Positions 10,644 to 21,167 are shown, counted from the first letter of the stretch. The stretch is DNA of 64,000 nucleotides from Bdellovibrionales bacterium (GCA_031370005.1 JANMPT010000077.1:32001-96000); one strand, 5' to 3'. The notes: generated from the sequence alone by a model not told the origin. Program-made: numbers and translations.

Positions 10644-11615
10644 GTGACCACATATATTCTTCGGCGTCTAATTCAAACCTGCATAGTGATAGTGATCTTA
10701 TCCTATGTGTGTTTTTACTTAATGACTTTGATGCCAGGTGACCCTGTGGACCTGATGGTCTCCTCCAACCCTAAAATCACAGCTGAGGACGTTGTCCGTT
10801 TAAGAAAGCTCTATGGCCTTGATCAACCTTCCTATGTCCGCTATGGACATTGGGTTTCTGATCTTGCTAAAGGAGAACTCGGCTATAGCCGCACCTATCG
10901 CGTTCCTGTGGCGGTTCTTTTGGGGCCACGCCTAACTAATACTTTTATTCTGTCCATGACCGCCCTTGTGTTTTCCCTTCTAATTGCGATTCCGGTGGGT
11001 ATAGTCTCGGCTCTGCGCCCGGGAAGTGCAATTGACTATTTTTTTAATTTTTTCGCTTTTGCAGGAATTTCTATCCCTTCTTTCTGGCTTGGGATCGTAT
11101 GTATTATTATTTTTGCCGTATGGATTCCACTCTTTCCGGCAGGGGGGACTCAAACCATTGGCGGACCTGAATTGGGCTTCTGGGCTGATATTGCTGACCG
11201 CTCAAAATACCTCGTGCTTCCCGTCTTATCCTTGAGTCTACAACAGATTGGACGCTTTTCGCGCTTCACTCGATCCTCAATGTTAGAAGCACTTCGCAAT
11301 GACTTTATTCGTACAGCAAAAGCCAAAGGGCTTTCGAGGCAAGTAATTATCTGGAAGCATGCTTTTAGAAATGCATTGATTCCTTTGATTACGATCTTGG
11401 CACTAAGTATCTCTTCTATTTTTTCTGGCGCTATTATTACTGAAACAGTTTTTGCCTACCAAGGCGTGGGCAAGCTGACCTATGATTCTATTATCGGCAA
11501 TGACTTTAACGTCGCCATGGTGAGCTTCATTATTTCCGTGGCTATGGTTCTGCTAATGAATTTATTAGCCGATTTACTTTACGGCGTGGCTGACCCGCGT
11601 ATTAACTTTACATAA
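10644..11615 (+). CDS. oppB: Peptide ABC transporter permease
   Basis: YILRRL, PGDP, FIRTAKAKGL, HAFRNAL, DPRI terminus. Confidence 0.9.
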   Translation: MTTYILRRLIQTCIVIVILSYVCFYLMTLMPGDPVDLMVSSNPKITAEDVVRLRKLYGLDQPSYVRYGHWVSDLAKGELGYSRTYRVPVAVLLGPRLTNTFILSMTALVFSLLIAIPVGIVSALRPGSAIDYFFNFFAFAGISIPSFWLGIVCIIIFAVWIPLFPAGGTQTIGGPELGFWADIADRSKYLVLPVLSLSLQQIGRFSRFTRSSMLEALRNDFIRTAKAKGLSRQVIIWKHAFRNALIPLITILALSISSIFSGAIITETVFAYQGVGKLTYDSIIGNDFNVAMVSFIISVAMVLLMNLLADLLYGVADPRINFT

Positions 11616-11634
11616 ATAGGTTGTTGGAGCAAAT

Positions 11635-12840
11635 GTGGAAATGACAGAAAACCTTACAGCCACTCCCATCTCGGATGCTAATCGCAAAAAACTCGAGCAA
11701 GCCCTCCCCATGTGGAGGATTGTTCTAACTCAATTTTTAGAACATAAAATGGCACTTGTTGGTGCTATAATTATTGCTCTGTTTATGATCGTAGCCTTTT
11801 CGGCGCCCCTTATTAGGGTCCTCACGGGCATTGATCCCGAAGCACAGAATGTATTCAATCGTTATCAAGCTCCATTTACTAGTGCTATTGCTGGACAGGA
11901 CATACGTGAAACTGCCATTGAAAAATTCCGCACAGATCATCCGCAGCTTTCTGAAAGTCTTGAAAAAGATTTAATTGCTAAATCCTTAGTGTCAACCACA
12001 ACTCCAGCAGATGCTCTTTTTGAACTCACCACAAAAGAAGTTCCTGAGGCCTTTAAAATTCTAGATCAAGTGGGAACTAGCGGGGCCAAAGAGCTTCAAG
12101 AAACTTTCAAAAACTTTTCAACCTATCACCTATTTGGAACTGATGAACTCGGTCGTGATGTTTTCATCCGTCTGATTTATGGCACTCGCATTTCTATGAG
12201 CGTTGGCATTCTCGTTGCCCTGGTTTCGGCCCTCGTGGGCCTTTTGGTAGGCAGCCTTGCTGGCTTCTATGGTGGAGCGATCGACACTGTTTTGATGCGA
12301 GTAACAGATGCACTTTTGTCTTTGCCACTTTTGCCTGTGATGATTGTTATTGCTGCTGTTGATATGCAAAAACTGCCTTTCTTGAAGTCGCTTGTGAGTC
12401 CACAAAACGAGAGCATTCTTAAGATGATCCTCATCCTTTGCTTGTTCTCTTGGATGACGGTGGCTCGTCTGGTGCGCGGAAGTATTTTAACTTTGCGTGA
12501 ACGTGAATTTATTTTGGCAGCAAAAACTTTAGGCGCCACCGACTTCACTATTATTATCAAACATATGTTTCCCAATGTCGTCGCGCCCATGCTTGTTTCT
12601 ATTACACTTGGAGTTGGTGAATCTATTTTGTTTGAAGCCGCCCTCAGCTTCTTAGGACTCGGCATTCAACCCCCCACTCCAAGTTGGGGAAATATGCTTT
12701 TCAACGCTCAAGAGTTAATTTATCAGGCCCCTTTCCTGGCAATCCTGCCCGGGATTATGATTCTTCTCACAGTGATTAGTTTCAATTACCTAGGCGATGG
12801 CCTTCAAGATGCCATGGACCCAAAAGCCATTCGCCGCTAA
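11635..12840 (+). CDS. oppC: Peptide ABC transporter permease
   Basis: HLFGTDELGRD, EFILAAKTLGA, LSFLGLG, PSWG. Confidence 0.9.
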   Translation: MEMTENLTATPISDANRKKLEQALPMWRIVLTQFLEHKMALVGAIIIALFMIVAFSAPLIRVLTGIDPEAQNVFNRYQAPFTSAIAGQDIRETAIEKFRTDHPQLSESLEKDLIAKSLVSTTTPADALFELTTKEVPEAFKILDQVGTSGAKELQETFKNFSTYHLFGTDELGRDVFIRLIYGTRISMSVGILVALVSALVGLLVGSLAGFYGGAIDTVLMRVTDALLSLPLLPVMIVIAAVDMQKLPFLKSLVSPQNESILKMILILCLFSWMTVARLVRGSILTLREREFILAAKTLGATDFTIIIKHMFPNVVAPMLVSITLGVGESILFEAALSFLGLGIQPPTPSWGNMLFNAQELIYQAPFLAILPGIMILLTVISFNYLGDGLQDAMDPKAIRR

Positions 12841-12960
12841 TTGCTGTGCATCTCTGTAAAAAAGAAAGGTCACCCTGGGCCCTTTCGATTTTAAGGGCAT
12901 CTGGACCTTTCATTTATAGGCATATCTTTTGTAAGTCTTTTGATAAGACAAGAGGTGCTT

Positions 12961-13533
12961 ATGAATGCTTTATTAAACAATATTTCATTTTTTATACTTA
13001 CTTTTGGCGCTATAACAGCCCATGCTCAACTCTCATCTTTGGAACTTACCTGCCGAGCAAAAGCTAAAGAAATTGCAACACACACCTACTCTGGTTGTGT
13101 TACAGAAGCAAGAAACACACAAGTTGATCAAATCCGTAAAGATTATCAAAAACAATTAACGGATCTTAAAGCTAAGTACGATCGAGAGCTTAAGAAGGTC
13201 AGCGGCAAAGGTTTCACTAAAGCGACCACTATAAAGCAAACTCATAATATAACTTCCGCATCTACGGGATCTACACCAAGAGCCACTAAGGGCATCGCCA
13301 AAACCCTTCCTACCCGCAGAGAGGTAAAAAACACCGCTCCTGCAGCGCAGTCTTCGACTCAAAGTGTTCAAGAAGACAAAATCATGATTAGTCCTGACTC
13401 AAGCACTCCAGATGTTGAGAGTGAAGCGACTCAAAATAAAACAACGGGTGAGCTTAAAATCGAATTAGTTCCAGTTCCAGGTTCAAGCTCTTCTGACAAG
13501 TCTGCAGTGACCTCTGATGACCAGACTTACTAA
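12961..13533 (+). CDS. Exported hypothetical protein
   Basis: GAGG RBS, signal peptide AHA-Q, two Cys, coiled coil then S/T-rich low-complexity region. Confidence 0.65.
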   Translation: MNALLNNISFFILTFGAITAHAQLSSLELTCRAKAKEIATHTYSGCVTEARNTQVDQIRKDYQKQLTDLKAKYDRELKKVSGKGFTKATTIKQTHNITSASTGSTPRATKGIAKTLPTRREVKNTAPAAQSSTQSVQEDKIMISPDSSTPDVESEATQNKTTGELKIELVPVPGSSSSDKSAVTSDDQTY

Positions 13534-13616
13534 GGCCCATTATAAGACCTATTAATTCGTGACAAAAACCTTCCTATATCATATATAATAAGCTTAGATC
13601 CTTACGGGAGGTCATT

Positions 13617-13877
13617 ATGGGTGAGTTTAGCCTTACACATCTTCTTTTACTGGCTGTGGTTTTTTTAATTTTCTTTGGCCCTAGCCGCTTACCTCAATTG
13701 GGGCAATCTCTCGGTAAAGCAATTCGTGGTTTTAAAACAGGTTTGAGCGAAATTGATGTGGACGTGAAAGATGTTCATGATACCCCACCAAAGACCGCTG
13801 AGCAGATCAATCAAAATCAAACTCAGTCCATGAACTCTCAAAAAGTTGAAACCCCAGAAACTCAAAAGAAAACTTAA
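13617..13877 (+). CDS. tatA: Twin-arginine translocase subunit TatA/E
   Basis: TM followed by FGPSRLPQLGQSLGKAIRGFK; GGGAGG RBS. Confidence 0.92.
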   Translation: MGEFSLTHLLLLAVVFLIFFGPSRLPQLGQSLGKAIRGFKTGLSEIDVDVKDVHDTPPKTAEQINQNQTQSMNSQKVETPETQKKT

Positions 13878-13928
13878 TATAAACATATAATTATATTAAA
13901 TTTATTTATGCTTCTGGACCTTATCCAC

Positions 13929-13955
13929 TATATTTTTTCTGAAAAAAGCCGATAG
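13929..13955 (+). promoter_or_regulatory. Putative sigma-28 (FliA)-type promoter
   Basis: TATA-N15-GCCGATAG, 34 nt upstream of ATG 13990. Confidence 0.55.
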
Positions 13956-13989
13956 ATAATAGATAGGTAATGTTAGCGAGGCTTTTTCA

Positions 13990-15342
13990 ATGAAAAAAAT
14001 TTTGTTGGTTGAGGACGATGACTTTTTCCGTACAGCATTAAAAGATATTTTATCTAAAAAATACAAAGTTGTGGAAGCTCAGAACGGAAAGATCGCTCGG
14101 GACATTTTTTCAACCCTTGATGATGTTGATCTTATTATCTCAGATATACAAATGCCACATCTTACCGGTCTTGATTTATTGGAGTGGGTTAAAAAAAATA
14201 AGCCGGTGCCATTTATCCTTATGACCGGATTCTCACATATTCTTGAAACCCAAAGCGCTCACGAAATGGGTGCAGACGAATTTCTACCAAAACCCTTCAA
14301 GGAACAAGAGCTGATCGAAAAAATCACTAAGGTCTTAGGTGAAGAAAAAAAAGAAGACAAGCTCCCTACAGCAGATCTTGATAAAGAATTCTGTAAAATC
14401 CCAATTGAGGACTTTATTGCCGAAAAGGAAATGGACTACGGAGTTTATATTCGCATATCCAAATCCAAATATATTAAAATTGCTCATAATGGTGGAAAAC
14501 TCTCTGAAGACAAAGTTCAAGCGTTCCGCGCAAGGTCCGTCACTCATCTTTATATACGTCAAGAGGATTTTGCAAAGCTGGTGGGATTTACTCTTTTGGT
14601 TTCCAAAGCAGTTTCCAATAGTAGCCAGATCGACAAAGAGAAAAAAATGCGCTTCATGCAATACACTGGCGAAATGATCATGCAACAAGCCTATGTTGCT
14701 GGAACAGATGAAGTTATTTTCCGTAACGCCAAGGATTTTCTTACAACCAGCCTTAATATCCTCACTGAAGATGATGAAACCTTCGCTTTGCTAGGACTTC
14801 TTAGCAATCACACAGATTTCCTGTATGCCCATAGCCTGGGTGTTTCTATGTTTTCAGTGATGATTGCAAAACAACTGGGATGGCAATCGCCACAAACATT
14901 ATTCAAACTTTCTTTTGCTGGTCTTTTTCATGATATTGGAAAAAAAGAAGTCCCCCCTGATATTTTAGCGAAGTCGCGGGCAACTCTCACTCAACAAGAA
15001 CGCGCACTCTTTGAAAGCCATACAACCAGAGGAATGGAAATCCTCCAGTCTCTGAAAACTGCCCCCACAGAGGTCATTCAAGTTGCCTATGAACACCATG
15101 AGGACATCCTCGGCCAGGGTTTCCCCCAAGGGATCAGTAAAACAAAAACTCATCCATTTAGCCTAATTGTTTCAGTTGCCAACACCTTTTGCGAATATAC
15201 AATTCGCAGTCCGCAGGTTCCGGCTCCTCGTACGGCAGCTGCTGCCATTCAAGCGATGCAAACTTTTAAGCTGGCCTCCTTAGATCATCAGGCATTTGAG
15301 GCCCTCTTAAAGGTTGTAAAAAACAGCAAAGACATTGTTTGA
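13990..15342 (+). CDS. Response regulator with HD-GYP-like output domain
   Basis: REC (VEDD, SDIQMP, KPF); HS, HDIGK, HHE...GFP. Confidence 0.85.
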   Translation: MKKILLVEDDDFFRTALKDILSKKYKVVEAQNGKIARDIFSTLDDVDLIISDIQMPHLTGLDLLEWVKKNKPVPFILMTGFSHILETQSAHEMGADEFLPKPFKEQELIEKITKVLGEEKKEDKLPTADLDKEFCKIPIEDFIAEKEMDYGVYIRISKSKYIKIAHNGGKLSEDKVQAFRARSVTHLYIRQEDFAKLVGFTLLVSKAVSNSSQIDKEKKMRFMQYTGEMIMQQAYVAGTDEVIFRNAKDFLTTSLNILTEDDETFALLGLLSNHTDFLYAHSLGVSMFSVMIAKQLGWQSPQTLFKLSFAGLFHDIGKKEVPPDILAKSRATLTQQERALFESHTTRGMEILQSLKTAPTEVIQVAYEHHEDILGQGFPQGISKTKTHPFSLIVSVANTFCEYTIRSPQVPAPRTAAAAIQAMQTFKLASLDHQAFEALLKVVKNSKDIV

Positions 15343-15504
15343 GATCAATTGTACATGTTTTTTATAAAATTCTTAACTTGAGATAGTTCTTGCTTTAACT
15401 CATCAAAAAATAAACAAAATGCAACAAAACCATCATGGCACACCCAGTACAGACCGAAAAGAAAGAGTGCCTAGGTTACTTAGGTCTGACAAGGAGTTGT
15501 TGAG

Positions 15505-16740
15505 ATGAAAAAATTTTTTACTAATGAAACCATGGAGTCTGAGGTCGAACTTGGTGAACGTGTTGTTTCTGGTCTGAATACCGTCCTTCACTGTCACCAC
15601 TACAATTCAAGGCTGCAAAAAACGCTTGAATCCTCTGAATTAATTCAAGGTCGCGATATTATCCGTAAGGCTGCTGCGCGGACTTTCGAAAAACAAGTGC
15701 GCCACAGTCTACACAAGTTCAAAGCCAAAGATACCAATGACAAATTGTTGATTGCCTCTGAACTTTATAGCTATTTGGGCTTTGGCATACTTAATTTCGA
15801 ACAAGTATTTGAAAATAAAATAACCTCCAGCTGCTCGCATTTTGTTGAAGGCTGGAAGAGTGGCTACAAACAAGAAAACAGAAAAGTTTGCACATTCGTA
15901 GAAGGCTTTCTTGAAGGCGCACTTTTTGCCGTTGAGGGCAAGCATTATAAGGTGCGTGAATCCGCTTGTATGAATGAGGGTTCCGAGTGCTGTATTTTTG
16001 AATTACAACCAGATGAACCATCTGATCTATTTGCATTCGATTACATTCGCAATTCCATCGCACCAAAAAACAAGGGAGATCTTCAGGCAGTAAAAGAATC
16101 AACGATTTCCACCACCGTGGATCTTTATGCCATTCAAAAAGCTGTTATCGAAATGCCTCTTTTTGGAAATAACTATGGCATTATCCCTGCATTTAATGTT
16201 TATCTAGCTCACATGCCCAGGGATTTTTACAATTTGGTTTGTCTAGAGTATATGGACCAAATGCGGGCGATTGGCATGGCTGAAATCGCCCATGACTTTC
16301 TAGAAGAAGATGCCGAGACCTGTTCTCTAAATACTTTCGCTGGTATCATGCAATCTGAGGAGTGGGCCGCATTGATCGAACCCATGATCAAGCGAACCGA
16401 AGACAATCTTTATGCATTAATTGCTGTCTCCAATGCCTTGGGCTGGGGAATCACTCATATCGCTAGCCACGTTCCCTACGAAAGCCTTGAACTCCGTACT
16501 GCCAATGGTTATGAATCGATTGGTACCCTAGAAATCAAAGGCCCTGGCGAAGGCACGGACTGCCCGATGCTTTCAGGTGTGGCGGCAGGGCTGATGTCCC
16601 TAGTTTATGGCAATGGTGATTTCAACTGTCGCAAAGGGGCATATAAAACGGCAGAAACACTATGCATTTCAAAAGAAGATCCTTTTTGTGCATTTACAAC
16701 TCAAATCGCCAGCGTCAAACAGGTTAAAAAAGGTGCTTAA
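15505..16740 (+). CDS. Tandem V4R-domain protein
   Basis: Two V4R-like units (C..G...G / ESAC...CCIF and ETLC...PFCAF), LGFG/LGWG motifs, N-terminal HCHHY. Confidence 0.75.
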   Translation: MKKFFTNETMESEVELGERVVSGLNTVLHCHHYNSRLQKTLESSELIQGRDIIRKAAARTFEKQVRHSLHKFKAKDTNDKLLIASELYSYLGFGILNFEQVFENKITSSCSHFVEGWKSGYKQENRKVCTFVEGFLEGALFAVEGKHYKVRESACMNEGSECCIFELQPDEPSDLFAFDYIRNSIAPKNKGDLQAVKESTISTTVDLYAIQKAVIEMPLFGNNYGIIPAFNVYLAHMPRDFYNLVCLEYMDQMRAIGMAEIAHDFLEEDAETCSLNTFAGIMQSEEWAALIEPMIKRTEDNLYALIAVSNALGWGITHIASHVPYESLELRTANGYESIGTLEIKGPGEGTDCPMLSGVAAGLMSLVYGNGDFNCRKGAYKTAETLCISKEDPFCAFTTQIASVKQVKKGA

Positions 16741-16750
16741 GGAAAACAGC

Positions 16751-17035
16751 ATGAGTCAAACGACGCGTGTAAAGATTAGAACCTGTATTCGTGAAAACAC
16801 TTTTCGTTATCAAATTGATCCGAAAACTTTCCCTCTGATATGGAAGTGCCTAGAGTCTCGCTTTGGCTTGTCCATCGTTTTTGGAGTTCCCAACCTTATG
16901 CAAATTGAAACGAAAACTTTTCTCCTGCGAAGCTGCATAAGCAATGCCACGATTACTTTGATCAAAAAGCCATTTTGTGATGAGATTTTTTTAACAGAAT
17001 TCCACAATATCATTCATTTTGAGGTTTCGACATGA
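16751..17035 (+). CDS. Small hypothetical protein (94 aa)
   Basis: TAAGGA RBS overlapping the upstream stop; ATGA overlap with the downstream kinase. Confidence 0.65.
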   Translation: MSQTTRVKIRTCIRENTFRYQIDPKTFPLIWKCLESRFGLSIVFGVPNLMQIETKTFLLRSCISNATITLIKKPFCDEIFLTEFHNIIHFEVST

Positions 17036-18444
17036 GTAACAACACTTTTTTAATGGATCAACAAATGAGGCTTCAGGGAGATCCAAACCTCTTTTTTTCA
17101 CGGCTTGGCATTACCGACGAAAAATTAAATACAATTAGATCGTTAATTGACATACAAAAGCAAACTACCAAAAATCAATTCTATCGCTGGGTACTCTCAG
17201 GCTGCATTGATTATCTACAAATTGAAATTCAGCACCCACAACTTCAGGATTCGATACAATGCATTTTTTCGCCATTTGGCGAGTTGGTCAAAATTAATTT
17301 CGACTTTAAACAAGAAGAAAAAAAGATTTATACAGAAATAAAATTCGATTTCTGGGACACCTTCAAAAAGTGCTTTTCCGAGGGCGTGTTTTTCACAAAC
17401 AAAGACGGCTATATTATCGAAATCTCAGACCGCACCACGCAGGTTTTTCCAATTTACAATAACCATGACGTTTTGCTGAATCGCGATGCCATTGTCGGGA
17501 CTAAATTTGAAGACTATCTTGATGACGCCAGCAAAGAGAAAACAATTCATTTCATCAAAACTAGTCAAGCAAACTCGCTGGCTCGATTTGAAATACATAT
17601 TGAGCGTAAAAATCGCTTTCTTGAGATTAAAGGATACACTTTATATGAGGGTAGTTTCCCCAACGGCTTCATGTTTCTTATTTTTGATGTTAGTAAAAAT
17701 ATCAAACTCGAGAAGCAACTGCAAGAAGCCCAGGAAGCTATTTCAAAAAAATCGCACCTGATTGTCTTAGGTGAGCTAGCAGGAAAAATTGCTCATGAAA
17801 TCAATTCACCGCTGGGTGCGATTCTTTTAACCGCCGACAGCGCCGAAAGCAACATTGAAAACCTAACCAGAACCGAATGTAAAAAGCACTTTGCGATGAT
17901 TGGTAAAACTTCGGTAATAATAGGCGAAATCATCAAGAATCTTCTGACTTTTGCACGCAAAGACGAAACGGTCACCTTCTCTCAGATCACTTTGAAAGAA
18001 ATCTTTGATGATGTTTTTGCAATTACCAATATCGGTCTTAAAAATCAAAACATTCAACTCGAATATGTTTTTCCCGAAGATTTCACTCTGGATTGCCGAA
18101 AAATTCAGATGCAACAGGTTTTTTTAAATCTAATTTCTAATTCAATTACTGCGATCAAAAACCAAAATGAAAAATGGATAAAAATCATTGCCGCAGAAAA
18201 TAAGGGTAAAATCGAAATCATCATGACTGATAGTGGCCAGGGAATACCTTCTGAAATTGCTGATAAAATTATGGTCGAATATTTTTCAACCAAGGAACTT
18301 GGCCAAGGGCTTGGCATTGGCTTAAGTATTTGCCGCAGCGTTATCACTGCCCATGGTGGCACATTAACACTGGACAGAGGTCATAAAAATACTTGTTTTA
18401 AAATTACTTTGCCGCAAAGTCGGTCTGCGAAGCTGGTTGCTTAG
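17032..18444 (+). CDS. Cytoplasmic PAS-like sensor histidine kinase
   Basis: AHEINSPL, NLISNS, DSGQG, FSTK, GLGIGL; no TM segment. Confidence 0.88.
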   Translation: MSNNTFLMDQQMRLQGDPNLFFSRLGITDEKLNTIRSLIDIQKQTTKNQFYRWVLSGCIDYLQIEIQHPQLQDSIQCIFSPFGELVKINFDFKQEEKKIYTEIKFDFWDTFKKCFSEGVFFTNKDGYIIEISDRTTQVFPIYNNHDVLLNRDAIVGTKFEDYLDDASKEKTIHFIKTSQANSLARFEIHIERKNRFLEIKGYTLYEGSFPNGFMFLIFDVSKNIKLEKQLQEAQEAISKKSHLIVLGELAGKIAHEINSPLGAILLTADSAESNIENLTRTECKKHFAMIGKTSVIIGEIIKNLLTFARKDETVTFSQITLKEIFDDVFAITNIGLKNQNIQLEYVFPEDFTLDCRKIQMQQVFLNLISNSITAIKNQNEKWIKIIAAENKGKIEIIMTDSGQGIPSEIADKIMVEYFSTKELGQGLGIGLSICRSVITAHGGTLTLDRGHKNTCFKITLPQSRSAKLVA

Positions 18445-18453
18445 TTAATGCTA

Positions 18454-19158
18454 TCAAACGCTCAGCAGGCGATCAGAAATAATGCTATGGACACCCCAGG
18501 CAAATAGCTCTTTGGCGCGAACCTGGTCATTCACGGTATAAACTGCAATTTTAAAACCTAGGTCGATAAACTTTCGAACACGTTCCTCCGTTGTCATTTT
18601 CTGATCCCAGTGTAAGAAATGAGCTCCGCAAAGAGGCAGCAAGGTCATCTGCTTTAGAAACCAATAATTCTTAGGATCCGCTTCTTCGCTTACAAGTAGT
18701 GCGCGGGCAACTTCTGGGATAATTTCCTTTGCACGAATCAAGCAAAATGGATTGAAGCTCGAAAAGATCACACGCTCTTCAGTTTTGTACTTTTTGATTA
18801 ACTGAGATATTTTGATTTCAAGAGCCGGATCCACAGTTGAGTTACTCTTTAGTTCAATATTCAAATAGTTTGGAACTTCTTTAGACAGCAGAACTTCTTC
18901 GAGACTTGTCAAATTTTGGGCAAAAACCTTTGCTTGTTGAAAAGTCAGTTCATTCATATTCACAGGTGCCTTATGAAGACGTCCTAGATCTGCATCATGA
19001 TAAAGTACGGGAACATAGTCACTGGTCAAGCGAACATCAAACTCTACCATCTCACTGCCACGTTTTTTTGCTGCAATGAGCGACTCCAAAGTATTTTCCA
19101 TAATACCTTCGATCCAAAACCCACGGTGTGCTTGAAACCTCTTTTCAGCTAGTAACAC
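18454..19158 (-). CDS. Glycerophosphodiester phosphodiesterase
   Basis: AHRG, ENT, EFDVRLT, HD, NIELK, SSF, YTVN. Confidence 0.9.
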   Translation of the reverse strand: MLLAEKRFQAHRGFWIEGIMENTLESLIAAKKRGSEMVEFDVRLTSDYVPVLYHDADLGRLHKAPVNMNELTFQQAKVFAQNLTSLEEVLLSKEVPNYLNIELKSNSTVDPALEIKISQLIKKYKTEERVIFSSFNPFCLIRAKEIIPEVARALLVSEEADPKNYWFLKQMTLLPLCGAHFLHWDQKMTTEERVRKFIDLGFKIAVYTVNDQVRAKELFAWGVHSIISDRLLSV

Positions 19159-21167
19159 TACTTTTTCTTCCTTATCGGGCTTATTAGGGTAAAGTTTGGC
19201 TCATCCCTTTTGCCGCTAAGAATCCATTTGTGGTTTATTTTTTCGGTTTGGGCGCGAATTTGCCCCCCGAGCTCGCCTTCAGCGTTCCACTCGCCATCTG
19301 AACTTAAGCGCCCGCCCTTTTCAAGTTGCGAAGAAAAATTTCTCCACCTTAAGACCTTAAAACTTTTTGCAAGAAACTGCGCATTGATATTTTTCATCTG
19401 CAAGCGATTCTCTATCATCCATTCGGGCTCAATCAAGCTCTTTAAAATTTGAAAGGCTGGAGATCCCACCGTGATGGCCATTTTTTGTATCTTTGCTTGA
19501 GACTGAATTTCTCCGCCGACAAAATCCACATTAAAACTTGCGTTTTCAGTACTCACACCTTCAACGTCCAAAGATTCCGAATTCAGAACCCCTTTGACAT
19601 AATCGGTCTGGCCATCATGAAATCTCATTGTCATATCACCGCTCAGCGCACCCATTTTCCCACCGGCGGTCATCAAACGTATCACATTCGGGGACAAACG
19701 TATTTCATGCGCCTTTGTTTTGATTTCTAAAAATTTAAAATCTCTATCCGCATTGACTCGAACCTGACCGTCAAACACACCTCGATCAGGAATAAATTGA
19801 GTGGCTTGAACTTGCCAACGATTTTTATTCAGGGATATATTCGTGGCAATTTCTTTTAAAACCTGCGCTTCTCTTTGACCTTTATTTGAAAATATAAGCT
19901 CAAGCCCCTTGTGGACACCACTGAGTTCAATATGATCTTGATCAATCACTTCCGCAGTACCCTCGAAAGTTCCTAGTTGACCCAACATTGCTGCAGGGTG
20001 GGGACGATTCAGTAAAGTAAAAAATTTTCCAGCGCTGAGGCGGCGTATATCTACCGTGAATGGAATATACTTAATGGGATCAAAAGAAACAATATGAGCC
20101 TCGGTAATTTTTAGGTCACCAAGATCTCCTTCGAGACGTAAATCTTTAACTTGCATGTTTGCGGTCTTTAAATTCGACTTGGTAACTGAAGACTGGGCAT
20201 TGAGAGAGACCCATACTTGGCGGCCATTTAAGTCTTCTTTGAGCCATTTAAATTTTTTGAGAATTTGAAATACCTGACTTAAGGGGATGTGCTTGAGATC
20301 AAGTTCCGATGAAAGCTCTTCCTCTTTCATTTCATATTTCATCTTAAGATGATAACTGCCTTCCCGCCAGTTACCTGAAATTCGAGTTTGTAATGTCGCC
20401 TGCGGAAAGGCACTGTATTCGCCCCAAACCGTGGCATGGGATAGATAATCCCCCACTTGATCATCTTTCATAAGGTGGGTTCTCGCTGTCATTTCAACAA
20501 CTCGAGGCGAATTAGATTTCAACCGAATAGCAAAAGAGTTTAAATCCACTGGTTCTGCCAAATTGGGTGCAAAAACTTTCAATTGATCAATTAAAATAGC
20601 GCGCACCTCAGAAGTCGCCTGTGATCCCTTGACGGGGCCAGCCCCCTCTTTAAGGGTTACGAATTGCTTAATCTTTGTTGCTTCGACTTTTTGTTGAGAA
20701 GCAGAACTGGTCTCGCAGTTTTTATAGGCACTTCGAAGATCAACACGAACCTGACCAGCCTCAATCTGAGTGATAGGATTTTCCCCTTGAATCATAGCCC
20801 AAAAAGAAAGCGGCAAACGAATTTCATCTGCCGTTAGTTCTGGCTTCATCCAGCACTCATTGTTTGACTCCATTTTTATTTTAGTAATCACAACTGCAAA
20901 ACGCGGAAGAAGTCCGTGAGAAAGACTGATCTGAGCACTATCAAACTCCACTAGCATGTCTTTGTGCATGCGTGAAGCCGCTCCCTCGATCAAGGTTTTG
21001 ACCTTATTTGGCGAAATCAAGCCTCGCAAAATTAAACCGAGAACCACAGCAACAAGAAGGCCACTGAAAAACACAATACGGCCTGGTTGCTCAGCAATTA
21101 GATTTTTATCACCATTAGAATAACGTGCTACGCGCGGCCCAATCATTGCTCTATTTTGACGAAGCAT
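19158..21167 (-). CDS. Membrane-anchored beta-rich protein, possibly AsmA-like
   Basis: Single N-terminal TM followed by a long amphipathic beta-strand pattern; family is inferred. Confidence 0.5.
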   Translation of the reverse strand: MLRQNRAMIGPRVARYSNGDKNLIAEQPGRIVFFSGLLVAVVLGLILRGLISPNKVKTLIEGAASRMHKDMLVEFDSAQISLSHGLLPRFAVVITKIKMESNNECWMKPELTADEIRLPLSFWAMIQGENPITQIEAGQVRVDLRSAYKNCETSSASQQKVEATKIKQFVTLKEGAGPVKGSQATSEVRAILIDQLKVFAPNLAEPVDLNSFAIRLKSNSPRVVEMTARTHLMKDDQVGDYLSHATVWGEYSAFPQATLQTRISGNWREGSYHLKMKYEMKEEELSSELDLKHIPLSQVFQILKKFKWLKEDLNGRQVWVSLNAQSSVTKSNLKTANMQVKDLRLEGDLGDLKITEAHIVSFDPIKYIPFTVDIRRLSAGKFFTLLNRPHPAAMLGQLGTFEGTAEVIDQDHIELSGVHKGLELIFSNKGQREAQVLKEIATNISLNKNRWQVQATQFIPDRGVFDGQVRVNADRDFKFLEIKTKAHEIRLSPNVIRLMTAGGKMGALSGDMTMRFHDGQTDYVKGVLNSESLDVEGVSTENASFNVDFVGGEIQSQAKIQKMAITVGSPAFQILKSLIEPEWMIENRLQMKNINAQFLAKSFKVLRWRNFSSQLEKGGRLSSDGEWNAEGELGGQIRAQTEKINHKWILSGKRDEPNFTLISPIRKKK

